38,421 nt of DNA from Octopus bimaculoides (lineage: Eukaryota), in contig NC_068981.1 in NCBI RefSeq assembly GCF_001194135.2, forward strand, positions 55,406,386 through 55,444,806. The letters are read 5' to 3'. The translations under genes and the position numbers were made by a program. The notes under the pieces were generated by a model, which saw only the letters and a program-made list of their open reading frames with translations, was not told where the DNA came from and did not search any database. Numbering within the stretch: the first letter of the stretch is position 1; every line of letters starts with the position of its first letter. This document shows, one piece after another, positions 1 to 12,311 of this stretch.

Positions 1-1357
1 TAAGATAAAATTTTCAAAAAACATCCGTACAGAAGCAGATGACTGCCAAAATGAAATGAATTACATTTGAAGGATTTGAATGAAATGACTGGAAAGTACA
101 CAAAAAAACAAAAAAAACTAACCTACTCTGCTATACCAAAATGGAACAAATGAAACCAAAAGTTACCACAGATGCCTTGCAGAAAATATTCAATTTGTAA
201 ATGATACATCAGAACAATCTTCAGAAGTAAAAGCACTCTCCACCACAAAATGGCTGCAATGAAAACTTTACGGAATAAGGATAGCATTAAGAGCAGCAAG
301 AACGTTCCTAAATAATAGGGGTCAACTTAGATACTGAAATAGGTCAGCACTGAGCATTAAGTTGAAGAAATAGGTATGAGCTGGGATGAAGTTTCAAAAG
401 TAAGAAGTTTCATTCATGGAAGAGAAAATTTCTAATTGAAATTTTGTCATATTTTAAATTATGTATGATTCAAAGATTCTGTTTCATGACCTTACCTAAA
501 ATACCTAATTAGTAAACTTAGTGCAAACATCAGGTCAGCATAAGTACCAATTTTCCAAGGATGTTAAACATAAGCAAGAAGGATTTGGCACAATATGATA
601 TTTAGTGAAAATAGTTTCTGAAATATTTTTTAATATAAAATATATTTAGCAATTTGACACAAAAATAAAACGACTTATAGAAGGATATTAAAGACTGACT
701 GTTACTGGTATCTGGGGTTCAAGTTCTGCTAAAATTAGTGTAGCCTTTACAAAATTTGACTTAACTGAAATTAGTAATGGCATCATTTTCGAGCAGTTAA
801 CAATGTGAAGTACATCTCTTTTTGTAAAGGACATTTCACCAAGGACATGAAAATATTCAAACTTGCTACCAAAACAAGCCTTAGAGAAAAAGATTTAAAG
901 CATCAAATTTTTACTGATACTTAATTCTCTTCTACAAGTAGTACCATACGTTTTGTCTAATAACAACAAGATATTAATTATTCTATGCACTCTTGAGTTG
1001 TAATGACAGGAGCAAATAAGACAGGGTCAGAGATCTAGTAGCAAGGGTTATTTAAGAAGATTGTTCAAGTATTGGGTTGAAGGATGCAAATTGGTTGTTG
1101 TTGTTTTTGATGATGATGATGATGAGGAGGAGGAGGAGGAGGAGGCAGAAGTGGAGAATAATTGACAACATATGAGTATACAATGACAATAATATCATTA
1201 AGAACTTTAATTTTTGAGTAGAGGTAATTTCAACTTAGGTGGGGACTTAAGTTTTGTGTTTACACTTGTTTTCAATCAGTTAATTAAGTCAAAAAGACTA
1301 AAATATTTTCATAGTAACCTATTATGCCATTCACTCTTTTGTTTTCTGGGGTTTTCT

Positions 1358-2593
1358 TTTGTTGTTGGTTGTTTTTTTTTTTTTCGCTTTTTTCTAAAGT
1401 ACATGCATACCATGAACATTTTTAGGGGTCTAAAACTATATCAAAATAAGGTACTAAAACAAGCTGAACAATAGACTGAATAGAATCTGCAGGTTAGTGA
1501 TATTAAATTTAAAGCAGTGAGCATTAACAAAACACTAATCAAAAATAATTATGCAGTGAAGTAAAAAACAATTCAATCAGTGACTAGTATTTTAATTATT
1601 CAAGCATCTATGGGAATTCAACTCCAGACACATTTTGATTTTATAAGTCTTCCTTAGTAAAACATAAATTTTACTAAACTCTTTGAAGTTGTCAGGAGAG
1701 AATTATCACTAAATAGCAAGAAACATTTACAAAAGCATTCAAAGTTCCATGAATTTAATCCTTTTGATACCACCCTTGCCTGAGACTTACCCTAGTTCTA
1801 TGATACAAAATTTTTGTTTCAGAGTGATCCATCACAATTTCTTGGTAACTTATCATCCAAACATCAGCTTATTAATGACAAAGATATTTTATTAAATTCT
1901 TCATTATTTTCAAAATAAATTGAGATAAAGGCAGTTTATCTCAACAGAAATATGGTAACAAAAAGATTAAAAGGCACTGAGTATTCAGACAAATTAAGAT
2001 ACTTACAACAGAGTTAAATAATTCAGAATATAGTAGAACTGTTTGAACAAGGAAATATATTAGAAACTTCTTACAGTTGAAATAGCAAGAGTAAGTGAAG
2101 ATGTTTGAATGATTACATGAAAGAGAAGAGGTGAGAGATGAGAGCTGACTAGAAGTAAGCATAATAACTGACATATGGTCAGCTAAACAAAGTGTACAAA
2201 TTTGTGTAACTTGATTACTTGTAGTTTTTATTGTGTTACTGTTATCAAAGAGGCCCTTGGAAGCTTTTGCTTTTAATATCAATTTAAACAAATAGAACAT
2301 CATGCTATATTACATGGTTATATATTGCTGTGTTTCCAACTACATTAGTTCTTAAAATATATTTACAAATCAGCTGAATCAATAAGTTTTTCTTTTTTAA
2401 GTTTGAAATTTCTGCCTGTTTTTCATTGCTAGACAAAACAACATGTCTGTAGTGAAAGCTTTTGTTGTTGGCTGTTTTTTGTTGTTGTTTTTTCTAAATT
2501 AAATGCATACCATTTAATTTTTCTTAGGAGTCTAAAACTATATCGCAATAAGGTACAAAAGCAAGCTAAACAATAAACTGAATAGAATCTGCA
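1358..2593. repeat. Dispersed ~135-bp direct repeat pair (1358-1491 and 2461-2593)
   Basis: Both copies read TTTGTTGTTGG..TTTTTCTAAA..ATGCATACCAT..GTCTAAAACTATATC..AATAAGGTAC..AAGCT..ACAATA..CTGAATAGAATCTGCA with scattered substitutions. Confidence 0.8.
1759..1966. mobile_element. piggyBac-type MITE, family B (copy 1)
   Basis: TTAA at 1755-1758 and 1967-1970. Ends TCCTTTTGATACCA and TGGTAACAAAAAGA. Inverted homologue of 17515-17719. Confidence 0.75.
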
Positions 2594-2668
2594 TTAATAC
2601 AAGTATTGTAGCCAATACTGCAATCTAAAACTGCTTTTCTTACCAAAAGGAAATGTAACATATTGTAT

Positions 2669-3118
2669 TATTTTACAGACAAGAAAATAAATTTCAAACA
2701 CAGTATAGCCACAAAAACAGCAGCAATATTGGGTATTTTACCTTTATAAGAAAAAAAAGTTGTCAGCAACTTATATATATACATTTAACAGGCAAAAAAG
2801 TAAATTTCAAATGCAGTCTAGCTGTGAAAACAGCAGGAAGATTGGGTATTTTATTCTTATAAGACAGTAAAAGTTGTCAGCAGATGGCTACAGGACTTGA
2901 ACCTGTGCCCCTCAGATACCAGCTGAATACTCTGCCATTAAGCTAAACAGCTCACTGACAACAATCATGATCAAATTAAACACTAAATGATAATAGCTTT
3001 TAGAATGCAACAGCATTTTGTAAACAAACTTTTCGAAGCACTGAATTGCGTTTTGTATTTTATAGACAAGAAAGTAAATTTTGAATGTAGTATAGCTTTG
3101 AAAACAGCAGAAAGATAC
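2669..3118 (-). repeat. Three diverged units of a ~60-105 bp repeat (2669-2770, 2782-2885, 3057-3118) around a tRNA-like head
   Basis: Shared motif ACAAGAAA(A/G)TAAATTT..CAGTATAGC..AAAACAGCAG. The first two units also share TTGGGTATTTTTA..AAAGTTGTCAGCA. Confidence 0.75.
2886..2951 (-). mobile_element. tRNA-derived (Thr-like) SINE head or tRNA pseudogene
   Basis: Minus strand has an A-box-like TAGCTTAATGGCAGA, an anticodon-like stem TCAG-CTGGTAT-CTGA and a perfect T arm ACAGG-TTCAAGT-CCTGT. There is no acceptor-stem pairing. Confidence 0.65.
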
Positions 3119-3519
3119 TTAAAATTAAGCATACACCTCTTAATTAGGACTATTGTCTATTGACAGAGCCACCCATTCTATCTCTACTATACATTCACAA
3201 TTTCTGTCTCACAAAATCTTGGGCATCAGCAACAATGAATATTATTTTTATTTAGTAAACTCTCTTTTTATATCACCATATTAAATATGTTAATCTCCCA
3301 ATACAGCCACAGCTATATTCTTTCCATATAGAATGCATCTCTTGGAAATTTTCCCTTATTAGAGGTAACATGCTCAGACAGTTTCATGCCAAACCAACTC
3401 ACAAATTATAAAGTGTGTGATGTACACTTAGACTAAGCTAAAACATGGCAGATCCAGCTCACTGGACATGTGGGTTTGATGCAAGCATTTAAGCAACTAC
3501 CTTTATATCATAGATTAAC

Positions 3520-3619
3520 TGAGAAAGCTACAACAAAAGGAGCAAAATTACCAACACCAACTCCATCATTGAGAAAGCTACAACAAAAGGAGCAAAATTA
3601 CCAACACCAACTCCATCAT
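3520..3619. repeat. Perfect 2 x 50-bp tandem duplication
   Basis: TGAGAAAGCTACAACAAAAGGAGCAAAATTACCAACACCAACTCCATCAT occurs at 3520-3569 and 3570-3619. Confidence 0.95.
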
Positions 3620-3989
3620 GTTACACTTAGTGCATTTATTAAATGTTCTCCAACAATAAGCTATGCAAACTACTTTATCTGTTATTGAAGTACATAGAAT
3701 GATTTTCCATTTTAGTTTAACCATTTCTTTTTCTTGTACCATCAAATCACAAACAATCCCCACAACTGCTTTGGCAAATGCTCTGTGAATATGGAATTTT
3801 TATGAAAGAATTAAAAGTGGTTTCTCATTTTCCTTTTTTGGATACTTCATACTCTAACCCCATCTTGTCAGTAGTTAAAAACACTAAAAACAGATCAGTT
3901 TGCCACATCTGCCTGGGTGTTCAGAACATGAAGAACAAGAACAAATACTGCTAATGCTCTAACAATTTCGGCAATTTACCACTTCAACA

Positions 3990-4120
3990 ATATTTTATTT
4001 AAATAAACCCAGAAGGATGAAAGGCAAAGTTGACTACAGCAGGATTTGAACTCAGAACCAAAAGAGCAAGACCAAATACCACAAAGTCTGACATTCTACT
4101 AAATTGCCACTTGATTTATG
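3990..4120 (-). mobile_element. tRNA-SINE, GCCTTTCATCC type (Meta-domain-like), partial
   Basis: Plus strand GAAGGATGAAAGGCAAAGTTGAC..GGATTTGAACTCAGAAC is the reverse complement of the B box plus central domain seen in the copies at 9638 and 29225. Confidence 0.75.
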
Positions 4121-5284
4121 ACAATGCCACTAGAATCACTATCAACAGAACCTCTTATTTTGTTTGGTGTTTAGTTTTTGTTGCTAAACATTTAACATAG
4201 AAGATGCTACATCCTGTTTCCTTTTTATATAATCCCTCTCTATGGGATGAAAACAAGAAACCAAAGTGGTTGTGGCAGTGATAATAATGATGATAGTGGT
4301 GTTTAGTGCTACTATTATTGCTACTGCCACAGATGATGATGATGATGGTGGTGGTGGTGGTGGTGGTGGTTTTGATGGTGTTGGCAACCCTATCACACAT
4401 TTTTATTACTATTACTTTTTGTTTCTAAAATTGTTCTTTCTGTCAGTGTGTATATTTATGATGTAGTTTTTATCTCTACTCTGTGCCTATTTTATAGTTA
4501 GGTGCATGGACAGAATTCCCAAAAGAGAAAAAAAAAACACTTGAACATCAGCAGTAAAGCACATTGAGATGTCTTAGTCCTAATCTTAATTCTTGCTTCA
4601 AAGTGAATAAATGATAAATAAATAGAGTTTTGCCTGGAAGAAACAATAAAAAATATCAAGTTGTGCTTATCATCACAATCATCACTATCCTCACAACTGA
4701 AACCATGATGAGGAGGAAGAAGATGGGAAGGAAGAAAATAAATGTAATTATTTTAATGAGGAATAATTGCAGAAGGATGTAGATGCAGATAATGATTAGA
4801 ATGATGGAAATATTGGTATGAGGTAAGGAGTGAAGTACCACAAGTTGATAGTTCATTACCTCCCATAATTCTATTAACTGGAATTTTTTTATGAAACTTT
4901 GATTTCTAGCATAAAACAGCCTTAGAAACACGCTGGAATGATCAAAATAACATTTCAAAATAACATTTTAAATAGAAATAAGTGAGATATTGGGTGAAAA
5001 ATTAGCAAACCTCATTTCAGAGAAATATACCTAGTAGATATAGCAAAAAGGTTAGATATGTGTAAATATTGACAGATAATTACGAAATTTGTAATTCTTA
5101 AGTGATCTCGTATGAGATCACTGGTAGGTAATGGGTTAAGAGTTAAATTGTAGTCCAAGAGCAAATAATCTTTACTGAAGAATCATGAAAAACAATGGTT
5201 GAAGGAGGAAAATACAGACTTGTTCAAACTTTCAGCAAATTTCCTATACCAGAATGATAATTTCCACAGTTTATCACCTCAACA

Positions 5285-5415
5285 ATACTTTATTTAAATA
5301 ACCCCACAAGGATGAAAGACAATGTTGACTGCAGCAAGATTTGAAATCAGAATTAAAAGAACATGACCAAATACTGCAAAACATTATGTCAGACACTCTA
5401 CCAATTCTACTAATT
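5285..5415 (-). mobile_element. tRNA-SINE, GCCTTTCATCC type, degenerate
   Basis: AAGGATGAAAGACAATGTTGACTGCAGCAAGATTTGAAATCAGAA aligns to the same family. Confidence 0.65.
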
Positions 5416-5708
5416 TGTAAACTATGTAGATGTACGTGATAACAAAGCTGTGGCTTATAGTGATGTGATCATATTGTTACATATCCATTTTAGTAAATCA
5501 ACAGTTTGTTGATTATATATTGTTCAGCGTCATGATCCACTTGTCCTTATCATGGTTTTTATGTCCCTCTTTTCCATGCAACAGAGGGATTTTTCAACAG
5601 CCAAATGCCTTTCTTGTTTCTTACCCTTACTAGTTTTTTTGAGAAAGGTATTTTTATACCTAGTTAAGAAAATCTCTATAAAAGATAAAAGCAGTAACTA
5701 TGCTGAGA

Positions 5709-6039
5709 AGTAATGTTTATTGCCACTTAAGCATGACTGTTCCGTAAGAACCAACATTACTGATATTTTTAACTCCAGGAGGACACCTCATCCAGTTGGT
5801 TATTCAATGCAACCTGCACTCGATATATATATATTGCAAGCAGGAGGATGACCACAAAGAGGTCAAAACTGTACTGTCTGGTGGTTATGTGGCTAGAAGA
5901 TGGTAGGGGTTCACTCCTCTGCTTGCAACATATATTGGGTGCAGATTGCATTGAATAACCAGCATCCTCCTGGTGTTAAAAATAGCAGTAACGTCAGTTC
6001 CTACGGAACAGCCAAATTTAAGTGGCTATAAATGTTACT
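5709..6039. mobile_element. Foldback / MITE-like long imperfect palindrome (~330 bp)
   Basis: The left arm AGTAATGTTTATTGCCACTTAA..CTGTTCCGTAAGAAC..TTTTTAACTCCAGGAGG..GGTTATTCAATGCAACCTGCAC..TTGCAAGCAG pairs with the right arm 5915-6039. The central loop is short. Confidence 0.8.
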
Positions 6040-6221
6040 ATTTTTATTCCACTATCTTTACTGCTTAGCTACAAGACATGTTATTTAGAAGAGCTTTAAA
6101 CACTGTTATCGTTTTTGCTTACACAATGACCAATGTGAAAACATGCAGAAACATTCAAACATACATGCACACACCCCCACACACACACTTGTACGCACAC
6201 ACACACACACACATATTTCTT

Positions 6222-6430
6222 ATCTTTTACTTGTTTCAGTTATTGGACTGCAACCATGCTGGGGTACATCATAAGGGTTTTGGTCAGGTAAATTGACCCC
6301 AGCACTTATGTTTTATTTAAGTTGAGTACTTCCATCAGTCTCTTTTGCCAAGCCATTGAGTTATGGGGATGTAAACAAACTAACACTGGTTGTTTTACAG
6401 TGGGTAGTGACAGATAAAAACACAAAGACA
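6222..6430 (-). mobile_element. 3' module of a composite tRNA-SINE, followed by (CA)/(TA) microsatellite to ~6555
   Basis: TCTTTTACTTGTTTCAG..GACTGCAACCATGCTGGG..TTTTGCCAAGCC..TAAACAAACTAAC matches 18197-18240 and 22935-23140. Confidence 0.7.
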
Positions 6431-6448
6431 CACACACACACATACATA

Positions 6449-6509
<61 letters not shown>

Positions 6510-6594
6510 GCACACGCATACATATACATACACACACACACACACACACACATATATGTGTTTATAATATATATGTATGCATGTGTGTATATAT

Positions 6595-6954
6595 ATTGTG
6601 GCACTCCTTTGTTTACAACGACGAAGGTTCCAGTTGATCCGATCAACAGAATAGCCTGCTCGTCAAATTAACGTGAAAGTGGCTGAACACTCCACATAAA
6701 TGTGGATTCAGAGTGAAACAGAGTGTGACAAGGCTGGCCCTTTGAAATACAGGTACAAGAGAAACAGGAAGAAAGAGTGTGAGAAAGTTGTGGTGAAAGA
6801 GTACAGCAGAGTTCGCCCCCACCCCCTGCCGGAGCCTCGTAGAGCTTTGGGTGTTTCGCTCAATAAACACTCACAACACCCGGTCTGGGAATCGAAACCG
6901 CAAGCCTACGACCGCGAGTCCACTGTCTTAACCACTGGGCCATTGCGCCTCCAC
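6595..6954 (-). mobile_element. tRNA-Arg-like SINE (octopus OR-type-like), full length
   Basis: Minus-strand head GGAGGCGCAATGGCCCAGTGGTTAAGACAGTGGACTCGCGGTCGTAGG..GGTTTCGATTCCCAGACC carries A and B boxes. The tail GATCGGATCAACTGGAACC..GGAGTGCC is also at 31189-31343. Confidence 0.8.
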
Positions 6955-6998
6955 ACATTTGTGTGTGTGTGTGTGTGTATATATATATTCATACATAC

Positions 6999-7140
6999 NN
7001 NNNNNNNNNNNNNNNNNNNNNNNNNNNNNNNNNNNNNNNNNNNNNNNNNNNNNNNNNNNNNNNNNNNNNNNNNNNNNNNNNNNNNNNNNNNNNNNNNNNN
7101 NNNNNNNNNNNNNNNNNNNNNNNNNNNNNNNNNNNNNNNN
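6999..7140. other. Assembly gap
   Basis: Run of N flanked by microsatellite. Confidence 1.
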
Positions 7141-7359
7141 TATATACACACATACATACCGAGGGCATATATTCCAGGTGGGCTACGTGTGCTCTGCACA
7201 CCCATTGAAAATGGCAAATTCATTATAAATATTAACCTTACTCGTTAATTGAATCACATATCTTAATGGAAAACTTTTGTTATATGGCTACTTGAAATTG
7301 ATGGGTGTGGCAGCACACCCAATACATCAACCACCAATATGCGACTGATATATACATAA

Positions 7360-7515
7360 CAGGCTTTCACACTGTTTCTGTGTACCAAATTCACTCATAC
7401 AACATTGGTTGGTCTCTGGCTATAATAGAAGACACTTGCCCTAAGTGCTATGCAGTGGTACTGAACATGAAGCCATGTGGTTGCAAAGCGATCTTCTAAA
7501 CCACCCAACCATATC
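7360..7515 (-). mobile_element. tRNA-SINE with CORE-like domain (octopus OK-like)
   Basis: GGCTATAATAGAAGACACTTGCCCTAAGTGC..CAGTGG..CCATGTGGTTGCAAAGC is the reverse complement of the family seen at 37315. Confidence 0.75.
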
Positions 7516-7867
7516 TTCAAATAAAAAAAAAACACACACACTAGTAAAACGAAGAATTTTATTGGATAAGGAATAACAAAATAATAGGATATGAAACACA
7601 TGGTCAGCTAATGAAACACATGGTGGGAAAAGCACAGAAATGTGAAAAGAAACAATAATAATCAAAGAATGTCTGCAACGAAAATAAATACAGCAAATAA
7701 AAGGAATAGAAGAAGATTTAACATTTTGAGTTGTATAGTCTATTGGAATCAAGTAAAAGTAATAAGAAATGAAAAAGAAAAAGAAGTTGAAACAAAACCA
7801 TTTTTATGATATTGGTTTACATTGCAGGCTTGATGTAAAAATAAATTTACATGACAGGTTTCATTAC

Positions 7868-7988
7868 AGTTTCTCTCAAACAAATTCCAAAGTATTGGTT
7901 GAATTGAGAGAAGATGCTTGCTCACAGTGCCATGCAGTAGGATGGGACTTGAAACTATGTGCTTGGGAAGTGGTCTTTTTGACCACAA
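7868..7988 (-). mobile_element. Degenerate CORE-like tRNA-SINE
   Basis: AGAAGATGCTTGCTCACAGTGCCATGCAGTAGG..ACTATGTGCTTGGGAAG aligns to the same family. Confidence 0.55.
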
Positions 7989-8665
7989 ATCCTAAAGCAT
8001 TTTATTTGTTGCTCTGTCAATTCTACTGCACATTGCTGATACTTATTTTATCAGTATTAGATAAAAAAGAAAAAAAAATTCCTCTGAACACACAAGCTTT
8101 GATCATAGAATCCAAATGTTTCTAAAGGCAATGGTTTGCCACTGAACAATCATTTTATTATGCCATATCAAATTCTATAACAGTAAGCACAAAGAAGTGA
8201 AAAAGATTAAAGAATCAAAAAAAGTTGTTATATCTGTCTTGAGAGAACTCTCTTTACATATCTATACATACATATATGTGTGTTAAATTTCAAAGAAAAA
8301 TTCTGTGTTTAATAGGCTTAAAGTTTCCTTCCTAAAATGCTGAATATAATTTCTTCAAAACTTTATGTAGAGCTGATTGAAGTTTACCACTCATTTATGC
8401 ACCTGTCTCAGTTTGTTGTATCCTAAATTTAGCAACAAAATATAGTAATCTACTAAATTATACTTGAAATAATGAAAATACAAAAGTAGTTTTTTATAAA
8501 TATTAAAAACTCCAATTGTAATCTTTTATTTCTTAATGATCTAATGTTTTTTTCCTTTTCAAATAGTATTGGTGTGGTAATCTCTAAAAGCAAATGTTGA
8601 TGACAATAACAAAGATTCCAGAAGTAGGTGCATATCATAAGAATGAAAGAGAACGACTGCTTTAA

Positions 8666-8883
8666 CTCTTTAGCATTTAAGCTGACCATATCTGGCCCAT
8701 ATATTTTACCTGATTTATGTTTAAACTGGCCAGATCTGACTTCTCACACCTATTGTACATTGTCATCCTAAAAATAAACAATCACATCATCAAAACCTCA
8801 AAGCTATGAGATAATGCATAATTAATTCAAGACAATGTGACTTAAAAAGCATATTTAATAGAGTAATCTGAAATGCGAAAAGG
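8666..8883. mobile_element. piggyBac-type MITE, family A (copy 1)
   Basis: TTAA at 8662-8665 and 8884-8887. Terminal inverted repeats CTCTTTAGCATTT and AAATGCGAAAAGG. Homologous to 26350-27740. Confidence 0.8.
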
Positions 8884-8911
8884 TTAATAGAAGTGGGCAA
8901 TAAAACAGAGC

Positions 8912-8966
<55 letters not shown>

Positions 8967-8968
<2 letters not shown>

Positions 8969-9521
8969 GACCTGATGCAGTACCAGGCAGTGACTTCCAT
9001 GGCTTCTGATCTTAAGTGATTGGAAGTGTTATCATGTACATTGTTTTGTCTTGGTATAAAAGATGGGCTATAGCAAATATTCTGCTCAATACCACAGATT
9101 TGTTTGTCAGTTGTTTGACCTTAACTAGTTGAGCATGTCCCTTAATGGCTGACGATATGTGCATCTCCGATCTCAAGCAAAAGTAGCCGGGGAGCATCAT
9201 AGCCATGTGTTGAGAGGAATTCTTTGAGATTTGGATAATCCACCTTTGGAAACATGGGTGTTTTGTTCTTCATCTTTAAACAATGCTTATTCAGGGACCT
9301 TTTGAGTGGGATGGGCTACTCGACCTGAAGAAAATTCTAACTGGGCCCCACCTCCAAGGTCATGCACCGTTTATCTTGATATGAGATAACTATGTCGTGC
9401 ACATATGGTTGTGATGTATTGCCTGGTGTACCCTAATCAGATGGGTAGTCATGATGGATATACTGGGCTTTGTATATTTTACCCCAGTGTCACTTTGATG
9501 GCATGCACTGCTCTCTCACTC
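8967..9521. mobile_element. Unclassified ~555-bp interspersed element embedded in (AAT)n
   Basis: A comparatively GC-rich block with sharp boundaries, with (AAT)n at 8913-8966 and from 9522. No recognisable ORF. Confidence 0.55.
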
Positions 9522-9546
9522 AATAATAATAATGATAATAATAATA

Positions 9547-9578
<32 letters not shown>

Positions 9579-9637
9579 AAAAATGATTTCATTTATTTGC
9601 CACAAGAGCGAAAATAATGATGATGATAATAATAATC

Positions 9638-9848
9638 CTTTCTACTACAGGCACAAGGCCTAAAATTGTTGGGGAGAGGGCTCGTCAATTACATCAACTC
9701 CAGTGTTTCACTGGTATTTAATTTATCAACCCTGAAAGGATGAAAGGCAAAGTCAACCTTGGTGGAATTTGAACTCAGAATGTAAAGACAGACAAGACAT
9801 CACTAAGCATTTTGCCTTGCATGCCAATGATTCTGCCAGCTTGCCACC

Positions 9849-9851
<3 letters not shown>
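9638..9851 (-). mobile_element. tRNA-SINE, GCCTTTCATCC type, full length
   Basis: Minus strand GGTGGCAAGCTGGCAGAATCATTGGCATGCAAGGCAAAATGCTTAGTG..CTGAGTTCAAATTCCACC..GCCTTTCATCCTTTCAGGG..CCTTGTGCC. Confidence 0.85.
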
Positions 9852-9880
<29 letters not shown>

Positions 9881-10579
9881 CAAGTGTAAAGGGAATATTA
9901 ATCCAGACTGACAGAAGAGTTTCTATTTATAAGAAGTTGACAAATGTATAAATATAAGCTATTCTTTAAGTCAAGGTAAAATACAAAACTAAACCTGAAA
10001 CTTGTGGCTGAAATAAATGTCAGAAAAACCTGAAGATATTAATTAGTTATGCTAAATGTTCCAGACTGCATTCCTTCCTACTCTATAAACACTCAAGCCA
10101 ATATTGTGTTCTCACATTAAAGGATATTACAGGTTTCATGTTCTGTGAATTATTTCCCCATATAACATCAGATAATCATTCTATTATTAAACATAGAAAA
10201 TATTTCATGTATTTCATTACTCTATCTTTCCTACAACTGATACAGCTGTAATTTCATAATTTTATTAACTTTGCTAACTCTTCAGTGAAGAGTAACAGAG
10301 CTAAACAAAACCTTCAGTTCAGAGTAAGATAAGAGCAGAAGCAAAACATTGCAACTTGATTCTTGTTTTCCTCATTATTTCTTCATACAGATATTAGATA
10401 TAGTGTTTTATTTGAGACTTTCTTTTAGTGTGTATTTTTCTTTATTTCACAATAAATTCATGTAGACATATTATTCTTCACCTGTAATTTCTTTAAAGAT
10501 TACTGTAGAGTTTTACTACAGCACAACTATAAAACTCTTCTTCATCTCTTTTCACATCTAGGACATTAAATTTTACTTT

Positions 10580-10762
10580 CCCTCTTTGCATTTACGTGAA
10601 GACCCCACTCACTACTCATGCACCCTTAACAATACTCTACCATCTTATTTATATTGTGATTCGCCATACCTTGAGGATATGCCCTGGAACCTTGCCACCA
10701 TCTCTCTCTCACTCACACGTACTCTTTTCTTTCTTGCACTTTCACACTCTCATTCTCTTCCA

Positions 10763-10837
<75 letters not shown>

Positions 10838-11358
10838 TCTCTCTCTCTCTCTCATGTTTTCTCCATCTAACTGGGTAACCATGTATCTCCTCTACAGCAA
10901 GACACCTGTTTCTGTCCCTCTGTCATACTCTAATCTCTCATCACTTGGCACAAGGCCACCTCCTGCAATGGTCCCTCTCATAAAGGATCTTTGCCTTGCA
11001 AGTTACTTGGTGACTCAGGCCGTGCTGGTACCACATAAAAAGGGTCCAGTTTACACTGTAAAGTGGTTGGCATTTGGAAGGGCATCCAGTAGTAAAAGCC
11101 ATGCCAAAACAGACCTTGCCAGTGCTGGTACCATGTAAAAACCGCTATCCATTATGTAAGGTGGTTGGTGTTAGGAAGGGCATCCAGCTGTAAAACCATG
11201 ACAAAACAGACAATGAAGCCTGGTGCAGTCTTCTGGCTTGACAGCTCCTGTCAAACCATCCAACACATGCCAGCATGGAAAACAAACGTTGATGATGATG
11301 ATGATGATGAGGATGATGATGATGATGATGATGATAATGATGATGATGATGATGATGA
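10580..11358 (+). mobile_element. RTE-like LINE 3' region or RTE-tailed element with (CT)n and (GAT)n tail
   Basis: TTAGGAAGGGCATCCAGCTGTAAAA..CCAACACATGCCAGCATGGAAAA..CGTT(GAT)n. The GAAGGGCATCCAG module is tandemly duplicated (about 11021-11115 and 11120-11210). The RTE assignment is from recall of such tails. Confidence 0.6.
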
Positions 11359-12111
11359 CCATAAAATGTATTGCACTGAAAGTAAAATTACAATGAAGAT
11401 GGAGTACCTGCCATGTTTCAAATCACGTATAGTGAGCTTCATCATTACATCGTCACCATCTCCCCTACGTAGCAGCATGGATTGGAGAATTACTACTCCT
11501 CACAAATTCACTAAAATAGTGTATGTACAAGACTTTTCAATAATAATTTTTTGTTTTAATTAGTCTCATGAATAACAGAATGCATAGTTAGAAGATGTAT
11601 GCATTGTTTACATTAAAAGTATTTCAAGAGTCATTTACTTCATTCTGGTTCTGATTACAGTTAAGAAACTCATAACCCAGTTCACCTAAATTTAACCAAC
11701 TATTTTTACTATATTGTCCATACCAAATATGTTTCATTCATTTGTGTACACCATCTAAAGATTCTATTGTTAGCTTAATGCTTTACCATAGCTTACAAAA
11801 TCATTAAAATACCTTGTAGAAAATTTTTGTGTTGGTAATTAGGCTGTTAGTGCCAGCAGTATATTTCTATGAATCTCTGGGTAAACACTTCCTTTTCAGT
11901 AATTGAGCACAAAATCCATGAACTTTATCAGCAGAATCAAACACAATTTGCATTACTTTTAAATATTTTAAACATACATTTTATATTAAGCAGAAAAGTT
12001 AAATGAAACCCATTTTTGGAAGCAAGGAAAAACTAAATATTTATGTGAAGCAGTTTCATAGAAATCAAAATTAAGACCATGAATTAATAAAAAAAATACA
12101 TTTCAGTGCCA

Positions 12112-12280
12112 CATAAAAAAGCACCCACTACACTCTGTGAAGTGATTGGCATTAGGAAGAGCATCAAGCCATAGAAGCCATGCTAAAGCAAAAACTGGAA
12201 CTTGGTGCAGTTCTCTGACATGTCAGCTCTTGTTAAGCTGCCTGAGCCATACCAGCATGGAAAACATAGGTTAAACATTG

Positions 12281-12310
<30 letters not shown>
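12112..12310 (+). mobile_element. RTE-like 3' tail copy
   Basis: AAAAGCACCCACTACACTC..TTAGGAAGAGCATC..CCAGCATGGAAAAC..GTTAAAC(GAT)n. Confidence 0.7.

Positions 12311-12311
<1 letters not shown>

Noticed and set aside
1-2300. Apparent decayed coding sequence or endogenous viral element (fragments such as YWYLGFKF and VPIFQGC)
   Set aside because: Many stops in all frames and motif spacing too short for an RT. Parts are explained by a SINE remnant (~705-760) and the MITE at 1759-1966.
2886-2951. Functional tRNA-Thr gene
   Set aside because: No acceptor-stem pairing, and a GGT anticodon is atypical for eukaryotic cytosolic tRNA-Thr.
11400-11510. Ankyrin-like SPIHAAT..GDGDDVMMKL on the minus strand
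   Set aside because: Needs a frameshift, has an in-frame stop after the best acceptor, and fits the consensus poorly.
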